From Myxococcales bacterium (GTDB lineage Bacteria > Myxococcota > Myxococcia > Myxococcales > UBA5297), in NCBI GenBank assembly GCA_031552145.1, contig JAVBMV010000007.1:226486-290485 (forward strand): DNA of 64,000 nt. Reading direction: 5' to 3'. This document shows, piece after piece, positions 50,013 to 57,187 of this stretch. Every line of letters starts with the position of its first letter. The stretch's first letter is position 1. The notes beneath the pieces were generated by a model. The model was not told the DNA's origin and did no database searches. It saw only the letters and a list, made by a program, of their open reading frames with translations. Position numbers and translations under genes: made by a program.

Positions 50013-50891
50013 ATGAGTCAGCAGAGGCCGCATCGTTTCATTACAAACGATGCGGCCTTTTGCGATCTATTGGGGCTGCTCGCGAAGGAGCGCGCCTTCG
50101 CGCTCGACACCGAGGCGAACAGCTTCTTCGTCTATTACGAGCGCGTCTGCCTGGTGCAGCTCTCCACGCGGGCGGAGGACTTCATCGTCGACCCCTTCGC
50201 CGTCGACCTGAAGCCCCTCGGGCCGCTCCTGGCTGACCCCGCCATCGAGAAGGTGCTCCACGCCGCGGACTATGATCTGCGCTGCCTGGACCGCGACTAT
50301 GGCTTCCGGGTGGCCAATCTCTTCGACACCATGCTCGCCGCGCGCCTCGCGGGGGCCAAGGAGTTGGGGCTCGCGGCGCTGGTGAAGGCGCGCTTCGGGG
50401 CCACCCTGTCGAAGAAGTATCAGCGCAGCGACTGGGGGCAGCGGCCGCTCACGGAGGAGCAGCTCGCTTACGCGACGCTCGACACCCAATACCTGCTCGC
50501 GCTGCGCGACCAGCTCGGCGCCGAGCTCGCCGCCGCCGGGAAGATGGATGAGGCCGGGCGCCAGTTCGAGCGGCAGTGCGCCTGTCGCTATCGGAAGAAG
50601 CCGTTCGATGTGAACGGCTTTCGGCGCCTGCAGGGCTTCAGGCAGCTCTCGCCCCAAGGGCGCGAAGTGGCCAAGGCGCTCTATCTGCTGCGCGAGGAGA
50701 AGGCGCGCGAATATGACCGACCTCCCTTCAAGATCTATGGCGACACCGTGATCGTCGAGTTGGCCCAGCGGATGCCCGCGAGCCTCGCCGAAGTGGAGAA
50801 GGTTCCGGGACTGGGGAAGTCTACGCTCGGGCGGATGGGGGAGGCGATAGTGGTGGCTTGCGCTGGCGGAGCGGGGCAGGCGGGGCAATAA
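50013..50891 (+). CDS. rnd: Ribonuclease D-like 3'-5' exonuclease with HRDC domain
   Basis: DEDDy motifs FALDTEAN, LHAADYDL and YATLDTQYL. C-terminal HRDC-like segment. Confidence 0.8.
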   Translation: MSQQRPHRFITNDAAFCDLLGLLAKERAFALDTEANSFFVYYERVCLVQLSTRAEDFIVDPFAVDLKPLGPLLADPAIEKVLHAADYDLRCLDRDYGFRVANLFDTMLAARLAGAKELGLAALVKARFGATLSKKYQRSDWGQRPLTEEQLAYATLDTQYLLALRDQLGAELAAAGKMDEAGRQFERQCACRYRKKPFDVNGFRRLQGFRQLSPQGREVAKALYLLREEKAREYDRPPFKIYGDTVIVELAQRMPASLAEVEKVPGLGKSTLGRMGEAIVVACAGGAGQAGQ

Positions 50892-50919
50892 AAAACGCCC
50901 GCCGATTGCTCGGCGGGCG
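50887..50919 (-). terminator. Rho-independent terminator of the minus-strand Cys-repeat/RCC1 gene
   Basis: 9-bp stem CGCCCGCCG (50896-50904) / CGGCGGGCG (50911-50919), loop ATTGCT. On the minus strand it is followed by TTTTTTATT (plus-strand A-run 50887-50895). It overlaps the rnd stop codon. Confidence 0.7.
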
Positions 50920-50945
50920 CTCTGCGGAGCTTCTTTATTCCGTGA

Positions 50946-53900
50946 CTATGGCACGGCTATTGGCGTCGGGTTTGCTATCTTGAATCCGCGCACGTCTGAA
51001 GCCGTATTGGAGTTGTTTATTCCCAGGATGCCGTAGTTGTTCTGCCCCCAGCAATAGACTGAGCCATCCGATTTTAGGGCGCAGGTTGAGCGCAGAGAGG
51101 CTACCACCTCCACGACGCCACTGGCGAGATCGGGCAGGGCAATCGCTGCCGCCGATGAAGTTCCAGTGGTCGTGCCAAGTTGGTAATAGGAGTTGCTGCC
51201 CCAACAATGGACGGCACCCGCCACGACGGCGCAGCTGTGGGACTCGGAGGTGGCTAGGCTGCTGATAGTGCCCGTCACCACGTTTATTTGCGCGCCAGCT
51301 TCCGCGGTTCCCCCATTGCCGTTCTGTCCATAAAAGTTGTAGCCGGTGCAGAAGATTGCTCCGTCAGAGGCCCTGGCTGCGCAAGTCCTGGCATAGGAGG
51401 AGTCGCCGATGAAGATCTTCGAGTACGGGACGTTGGGTAGATCGATAGGTGCCGGGGTCTTATTCTTTTCCCAACAGTGGACGCCGCCCGCTGCTGGCGC
51501 GACACACAGATGCATGCGGCCGCCAGCGATGGCCGTTACGCCCGTATCGTAGCCGACAAGATCGATGGGGGTGCTCGTGCTCGTGCAGGGGAGGCCCTCC
51601 TCGGGCTCCGCATTTCCCCCGGTCCAAGCGCAGTATCCCCAACACTTCACGCCTCCGGTATTAGTTAACGCACAAGTGACGTCGTTGCCGACAGCTACAT
51701 CCGTCGCCGTCCAAGAGGTCTGCCCCACGATATCGGTGGGGGCGCCCTGGTCTGACGGGTTGGGAACTGCAAGTCCATCGCCGAGTGCACCGTTCGCGGC
51801 TTTGCCCCAGCACTTAACGATGCCGGTTGTGGTCACCAGACAGCCGTGGGTATTGGTGGACGGGGCAATCTTGGCGATTTGATAGCCAGTGTTTTGGACA
51901 GCGACTGGATAGTACTTGTTGGTGGTGCCGCCGTCGCCTAATTGTTTGCCGGTTCCGATACCCCAACAGTATGCCGTCCCAGAGTCTTTAAGCACGGCGC
52001 AAATGTTGTAGTACCCGCTGCTGTAGATGTGCGCGATCTGCTCGCACTTGCCGCTGGCCCCTGGGCCCTTGAGGAAGCCCGGCAGACATGTGCAAGCGCC
52101 GCTAAGGCACTGGGACGTTGTCGCTCCCAGAGTCGCCGCGCAGTCGATGGCGGGCGATCCGCAAACATTGAGCGTGTCGAGCACGCAGGTGTTGCCTTCC
52201 TTGTGGTGGGTCGAGAGGCAGGTGGCCACTTCGCAGGTTCCTCCCGCGAGGCAGTTGGCCGTGGCGACGCCCTCGGCCGCGGTGCAGTCAGTCCCGCCCG
52301 CGCCGCAATACGTCCCGTCGTCCGCCATGCAGAGGTTGTTACCAAAGATGGTCACTATGTGGAAATCGGGCTTGCAAGTAAGTGCCTTACACTGCCCGCC
52401 TGCGGCGCACTCCAAGGAGGCTGCGTTGGGGAACTGGTCGACGCAGTTGACATTCTCCACCCCGCAGTGCTCGGCGTCGTCGGGAAGGCAGGTGAAGGTA
52501 GCGCCGACGTAATAGTAGTCGTCGTCGCAGGTGAGCGGCTTGCACGTGCCGCCAGCGAGACAGTCGGCGGTGGCGACACCGGCGGCGGTGGTGCAGTCAA
52601 TCTGGGCGGGGCCGCAGTGCTCGCTATCATCCGCGGCACAGCCGTTGCCGCTGATGTGGAAGTCGAGGTTGCAGGTGAGCGCCTTGCAGATGCCCGCGTC
52701 GCAGTCGACGGTGGCGGCGTTGGTGAGGGCAGTGCAGTCGGCCTCGGCCTCGCCGCAGGCGGTGTTGGTGTCCGGCGCGCAGCCGAGGTTCTTGAGGTGG
52801 TAGTCCGCGTCGCAGCCGGTCGCCTCGCAGTTTTCGTTGTTGCAGATGGCGGTGGCGACGCCGATGATCTCGGTGCAGTTGACCTGGCTGGGCCCACAAT
52901 GCTGGGCGTCGTTGGCGATGCAGGTATTGCCGTCGATGTGGAAACCGGGGTCGCAGGTGAGCGCCTTGCATCGCCCGCCCGCGAGGCACTGGGCCGTCAC
53001 GACGCCTTCGAGCGCGGTGCAGTCGATCTGGCTTCCGCCACAATGCTGAGCGTCGTCGGCGGCGCAGTCGGCCCCGGCGATGTGGAAGTCGACAAGGCAG
53101 CTCAGCGCCTTGCAGAGGCCGAGGTCGCACCGGGCGCTCTCGACGCCAGCGGCGGTCATGCAGTTGGCCTCGCCGGTGCCACAGAGCGTGGGGCTATCCT
53201 GGATGCAGGCGTCGCTCTTGAAGTGATAGCCCGGGTCGCAGGTGAGCGCCTTGCAGGTTCCACCTGTGACGCAGGAGGCGGTGGCGACACCGGCAATCGC
53301 CTCGCAGTTGGTTTCGCTGGTGCCGCAGGCCGAGGGGGAATCCGGGATACAGGCGTTGTTCTTCAGGTGATAGTTGGCCTTGCAGGTATCGACCTTGCAA
53401 AGTGCGTTGACGCAGCTGGTCGAGGCCGCGTTGGGATTGGCGGTCTCGCAGTTGAGTTCGGTCGCGCCGCAGGCGGTGGCGCTATCGGGCAGGCAGGCGA
53501 AGTTCTTCAGGTGGAAGTTGGCCTTGCAGGAGGTGGCCTGGCAGTTGCCGAAGGTGCAGACGGTAGCGGCGGCCCCCGCGGCCGTCGTGCAGTTGGTTTC
53601 GCTGACGCCGCAGAGGGTGGCGCTGTCGGCCACACAGGTGTTGTCCTTCAGGTGGAAATTAGCCTTGCAGGCCGTGACCCGGCAGGCGCCCGCGTCGCAG
53701 ATGGTCGCGGCGGCGTTGGGGTTGGTGGCGCCACAGTTGGTCTCGCTGACACCGCAGACGGTGGTGGAGTCGGGGATGCAGGCGTTGCCGCGAAGGTGGT
53801 AGCCGGAATTGCACGTGTCGACCTTGCAGAGGCCGCTGACGCAGGAGGTGGTGGCCGCGTAGGGGATGGCGGCGCAGTTCACCTCGGCGGCACCGCATGC

Positions 53901-55100
53901 AGTGTTGCTGTCGACCACGCAGCTATTTCCGTTTTTAGGATGGCGATTGGCGGCGCAGGTATCCACCTTGCAGAGGCCGCCGACGCAGCTCGTCGCCGTG
54001 GCGCCCGTAATCCCGGTGCAGTCGGCCTCGGCCTCGCCGCAGAGCACGTTGCTGTCGGCGATGCAGAGACCGCCTTTGAGGTGATAGTTCGCGGCGCAAG
54101 CGTCGATCTTACAGGCGCCGCTGATACAGGAGGTGGCCGCGGCGTGGGGCAGAACCTCACAGCTGACCGGCGGGATGCCGCAGGCGGAGGCGCTGTCGGC
54201 CACACAGGTGTTCTGCGCGACATGAAAGTTGGGCCTGCAGTTCTCTACCTTGCACGCGCCCGCCACACAGGAGGTGGCGGTGGTATTGGCGATGAGAGTG
54301 CAGTTCTCCACCATGGCGCCGCAAGCGGTGACGCTATCCGCGGCGCAGGCGTTGTTCTTCAAGTGGTAGTTGGCGTCGCAGCGCTCGATGCGGCAGAGAC
54401 CCTCTTCGCAGGTGACATCATCGACGCCGTCGAGCGCGGTGCAGTCGACGCCGGAAGGGCCGCACCCTTCGGCGCTGTCGGGAAGGCACTCGCTGCCTTC
54501 GAGGTGGTGAGCCGACTCGCACAAGGCGATCTTGCAGGCGCCGCTCTCGCAGGTAGCGCTGGCGACGCCGGGCAGGTCCGTGCAGTCGACCGCGCCCGCG
54601 CCACAAGCCCTCTCCGTATCGGGTTCGCAGACCGCGCCCTCGACGTGGTAGTTGGCCTTGCATGTGTCGGCCATGCAGGCTCCTTGAACACAGGAGGCAG
54701 TGGCGATCCCGACGCCTCTCTTGCAGTTGGTGCAGCGGTCGCCGCAGCAGGAGGCGGTGTCGTTTGCCACGCAGGCCTCGCCCTCTGCGTGGAAGCCGCT
54801 CTTGCACTCATGAGTACAGGCGCCGCCGAGACAGAGAGCATCGGCGTTGGCTGGAGGCGTGCACTTGGCGCAGTCGTTGCCGCAGCAAGAGACGTCGCCG
54901 TTGGGCACACAGAGGTTTCCTTGGCGATGGAAACCCGGGTCGCAGGTAAAGCCACAGATGCCGTCCTCGCAGAGCACGGCGCCATGTTCAGGCGCGGTAC
55001 ATCGAGCGCAGGGGTCGTCGTTGACACTGGTCTCCTCTCCGCAGCCGGTCAGAGAGAAGAGTCCAAGAAGGGGAAGCAGTGCAGCCAGGGTGTTGCGCAT
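50946..55100 (-). CDS. Lipoprotein: ~21 tandem six-Cys (~45-aa) repeats fused to a C-terminal 7-bladed RCC1-like beta-propeller (1384 aa)
   Basis: GGAGG RBS before ATG 55100. Lipoprotein signal MRNTLAALLPLLGLFSLTGCGEE. Repeat unit: CG....(D/N)C(T)...G(V)A(T)A(S)C..G.CK...C.(A)N(Y/F)H(L)....C..D. RCC1 blades include HSCAVVAGAVHCWGSNSYYQLG and STCALKSDGSVYCWGQNNYGILG. The track start at 55295 adds 65 non-signal residues. Confidence 0.9.
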   Translation of the reverse strand: MRNTLAALLPLLGLFSLTGCGEETSVNDDPCARCTAPEHGAVLCEDGICGFTCDPGFHRQGNLCVPNGDVSCCGNDCAKCTPPANADALCLGGACTHECKSGFHAEGEACVANDTASCCGDRCTNCKRGVGIATASCVQGACMADTCKANYHVEGAVCEPDTERACGAGAVDCTDLPGVASATCESGACKIALCESAHHLEGSECLPDSAEGCGPSGVDCTALDGVDDVTCEEGLCRIERCDANYHLKNNACAADSVTACGAMVENCTLIANTTATSCVAGACKVENCRPNFHVAQNTCVADSASACGIPPVSCEVLPHAAATSCISGACKIDACAANYHLKGGLCIADSNVLCGEAEADCTGITGATATSCVGGLCKVDTCAANRHPKNGNSCVVDSNTACGAAEVNCAAIPYAATTSCVSGLCKVDTCNSGYHLRGNACIPDSTTVCGVSETNCGATNPNAAATICDAGACRVTACKANFHLKDNTCVADSATLCGVSETNCTTAAGAAATVCTFGNCQATSCKANFHLKNFACLPDSATACGATELNCETANPNAASTSCVNALCKVDTCKANYHLKNNACIPDSPSACGTSETNCEAIAGVATASCVTGGTCKALTCDPGYHFKSDACIQDSPTLCGTGEANCMTAAGVESARCDLGLCKALSCLVDFHIAGADCAADDAQHCGGSQIDCTALEGVVTAQCLAGGRCKALTCDPGFHIDGNTCIANDAQHCGPSQVNCTEIIGVATAICNNENCEATGCDADYHLKNLGCAPDTNTACGEAEADCTALTNAATVDCDAGICKALTCNLDFHISGNGCAADDSEHCGPAQIDCTTAAGVATADCLAGGTCKPLTCDDDYYYVGATFTCLPDDAEHCGVENVNCVDQFPNAASLECAAGGQCKALTCKPDFHIVTIFGNNLCMADDGTYCGAGGTDCTAAEGVATANCLAGGTCEVATCLSTHHKEGNTCVLDTLNVCGSPAIDCAATLGATTSQCLSGACTCLPGFLKGPGASGKCEQIAHIYSSGYYNICAVLKDSGTAYCWGIGTGKQLGDGGTTNKYYPVAVQNTGYQIAKIAPSTNTHGCLVTTTGIVKCWGKAANGALGDGLAVPNPSDQGAPTDIVGQTSWTATDVAVGNDVTCALTNTGGVKCWGYCAWTGGNAEPEEGLPCTSTSTPIDLVGYDTGVTAIAGGRMHLCVAPAAGGVHCWEKNKTPAPIDLPNVPYSKIFIGDSSYARTCAARASDGAIFCTGYNFYGQNGNGGTAEAGAQINVVTGTISSLATSESHSCAVVAGAVHCWGSNSYYQLGTTTGTSSAAAIALPDLASGVVEVVASLRSTCALKSDGSVYCWGQNNYGILGINNSNTASDVRGFKIANPTPIAVP

Positions 55101-55275
55101 TGTCGCCTCCGAAACGTGTGCAGCCGATGAAGTCGCCGGTACGCCGACGATGATGTAACCGCGGAAGTAGAGCACAAGCGGAGGGTCGATGTGAAGAGAT
55201 GTAGGAGAGGGAGGCCACCGCCTCCGGGCGCATAGATGTAGGGCTGGCGGGAAGATGAGCGCGGAGACAGGAGGC

Positions 55276-55950
55276 TCAGAAAAAGACCAGCCCAAGGGCG
55301 GCGTTGGGGAAGAGCCCTCCCTCCAGATCGATACGACGACCGTCTTCGCGCCAATGCCTAATGGAGTAACCCAGGTATATCTCCGGAAAGAGAGCGAAGC
55401 TCCGAGAGAGGTATATCAGGTAGCCCACCGACGCGCCGACGACCAGAAAACTCACGTCTGGTACGCGCTCGAAAATACCCAGATAGCCATCCAAGTGCTC
55501 ATAGCGAAGGCTGGGGCCGAAGACGAGTTGGTCGCGCTCCCAAAGGTCGATCCCAATAAGCATGGGCAACGCCACCATCCAGGACTCCATCGCGTTGCTG
55601 CGCAACTGCGGGTTGAGCGCGACGCCGACACGAAGCGCGTCCTCGTCATCGGGCAAGCGCAGGGCCACCTTTATATCGACGCCGACATCATCGAGGCTAA
55701 AACGTACCGCGCCGTCGACCCTGGAAGAAATACCAAACCGCGCGGCCATCTCCAGGTTGGGCAGTAGCGCGACATCAGTTCTGCCGTCGTCGATCGCGGG
55801 GCTTGGAGCGGCAGAGAGCGCCGGAGCAATTGTCGCTTGCCACACCCCTTTCTCGATAGGGCGCGCCGTGGTCAAGGTAGAGTGGGAGAGGCAAGCGCTC
55901 GCGGAGAGTGTCCAGAGTGCTATGGGGAGCAGCAACGGTCTGCCAACCAT
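55276..55950 (-). CDS. Small outer-membrane beta-barrel-like lipoprotein (hypothetical)
   Basis: GGAGGG RBS. N-terminus MVGRPLLLPIALWTLSASAC. Alternating-hydrophobic strands. C-terminal ...NAALGLVFF (aromatic terminus typical of OMPs). Confidence 0.6.
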   Translation of the reverse strand: MVGRPLLLPIALWTLSASACLSHSTLTTARPIEKGVWQATIAPALSAAPSPAIDDGRTDVALLPNLEMAARFGISSRVDGAVRFSLDDVGVDIKVALRLPDDEDALRVGVALNPQLRSNAMESWMVALPMLIGIDLWERDQLVFGPSLRYEHLDGYLGIFERVPDVSFLVVGASVGYLIYLSRSFALFPEIYLGYSIRHWREDGRRIDLEGGLFPNAALGLVFF

Positions 55951-55964
55951 TTATTCCCTCCGAG

Positions 55965-56672
55965 CTAGAAGCTGAGCGCTGTATATGCGGCCGACAACGA
56001 GAGACCAAGCGTGAAGGGAAGATCCGCGGACTCTGTAGCGGAGATGGAGTTCTCATGGACCCTGTCATAAAACCTACCGACGCGCCAGATATATAAAAAC
56101 ATTGCGTGTGCCGACGCCCCGATAGACCAGTTTTGCGACAATGCCCAGTCCTTTCCAAAACCCACCTTGGCGCCGACGCCTCCCTCACTCCAATGGCCAA
56201 TTTCTCTGACTGTGTAGGTCCCTGCATAGTTGTCGGTTTTGTTTTGCCAGTTGGCGACAAGAAGAGCGAGGTCAATGTGGTAGCCGTCGGAAAAGTGCAG
56301 CCCGATGAAAGGCCCGGCGCCATAGGTGGCGGTCCACGCGTTCCGGGAGCCTTCCTCGGGGGGAAGATCATCGAAAGAGAAGCGCCCGAAGGCATATGCG
56401 CCAAGTGTGAGTCGTTCCGAAAGCTTGATTCCGACGGCGAGGTTGGAATGTATTGGCAGCCCCGCTTCGAGCTCGTGCCCTGGATATCGTTCGGGGTCCA
56501 GATGGTAGCCCTGAGACCAGAGGCCCAGCCCCACCTCGCCACGCAGAACTAAGCTGCAGCAGCGGGGCGGGGGTTGGTGGAGTTCTCGGTAGTCTGAGTC
56601 GGGCGATTGCCCTAGGGCAACGCCATTCCAAAACAGAAAGAACGATGTAAGCAGAGTAGCCGCGTAGCGCAT
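55965..56672 (-). CDS. Small outer-membrane beta-barrel-like protein (hypothetical)
   Basis: Signal peptide MRYAATLLTSFFLFWNGVALGQ. Strand-like alternation, Gly/aromatic girdle residues. C-terminal ...SAAYTALSF. Confidence 0.6.
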   Translation of the reverse strand: MRYAATLLTSFFLFWNGVALGQSPDSDYRELHQPPPRCCSLVLRGEVGLGLWSQGYHLDPERYPGHELEAGLPIHSNLAVGIKLSERLTLGAYAFGRFSFDDLPPEEGSRNAWTATYGAGPFIGLHFSDGYHIDLALLVANWQNKTDNYAGTYTVREIGHWSEGGVGAKVGFGKDWALSQNWSIGASAHAMFLYIWRVGRFYDRVHENSISATESADLPFTLGLSLSAAYTALSF

Positions 56673-56681
56673 GGCCGCACC

Positions 56682-56957
56682 TTATGGGCAATTGGAAAGC
56701 CCGGGTGGTGGCATGGCCTGGCCGTAGCTGTTTCCGCCCCAGCATTTGACCATGTGATAGGTGTCAATCGCACACGAGTGGCTTTGTCCCGCGCCGATGC
56801 GCATTGTATCGGATGTGCCATAGTCCTGTTGGATGCCTTTGTGCACAACCTTTTCTGTTGTGAGCCTTTGGCATCCTGCAGTGAGGAGGAATGTACCCAC
56901 CCAGGCCGCGATGATACTGGCCGCTGCCCAACTGCCCCGTCGACGAGGTGAGTCCAT
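56682..56957 (-). CDS. Mini-lipoprotein carrying a single RCC1-like blade (91 aa)
   Basis: AAGGAG lies 6 nt before ATG 56957. Lipobox FLLTAGC. The mature part contains GAGQSHSCAIDTYHMVKCWGGNSYGQ. 9 nt separate it from the next gene. It could also be a remnant fragment. Confidence 0.5.
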   Translation of the reverse strand: MDSPRRRGSWAAASIIAAWVGTFLLTAGCQRLTTEKVVHKGIQQDYGTSDTMRIGAGQSHSCAIDTYHMVKCWGGNSYGQAMPPPGLSNCP

Positions 56958-57030
56958 AACGACTCCTTGCTGGCAAGGAGCGCGGGCCATGTAGCCACGC
57001 GCTCGGGTGGTACATCGCTCTACAGAGCAC

Positions 57031-57060
57031 CAAATATCCAAAAGCATGGGCGCTTGTCAA
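57031..57060 (-). promoter_or_regulatory. Putative sigma70-like promoter for the mini-lipoprotein/barrel/RCC1 gene cluster
   Basis: On the minus strand: TTGACA (57060-57055), 18-nt spacer, TATTTG (57036-57031). It lies just downstream of the terminator of the preceding gene. Confidence 0.35.
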
Positions 57061-57123
57061 GCTGTCGACGGTCCGGCAGGCGAGGCTGCCGTCGGCAGAG
57101 GGCGCCATGGATGGGCTAAAGAC

Positions 57124-57155
57124 AAAAAAGTGCCCCGGGGATAACTCCGGGGCAC
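57124..57155 (-). terminator. Rho-independent terminator of the 57188-59659 gene
   Basis: 9-bp stem GTGCCCCGG (57130-57138) / CCGGGGCAC (57147-57155), 8-nt loop. On the minus strand it is followed by TTTTTT (plus-strand A-run 57124-57129). Confidence 0.75.
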
Positions 57156-57187
57156 GTATCGATCGGTTCAACCGGTTTCGTGCTTGA

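Noticed and set aside
47885-50014. 709-aa minus-strand ORF
   Set aside because: It is antisense to the ADP-forming acyl-CoA synthetase gene. It has no motifs and shadow composition.
51942-55130. 1062-aa plus-strand ORF
   Set aside because: It is antisense to the six-Cys-repeat/RCC1 gene. The translation is low-complexity Gly/Ala/Val/Arg with no signal or motifs, whereas the minus frame shows regular 6-Cys periodicity and RCC1 blades.
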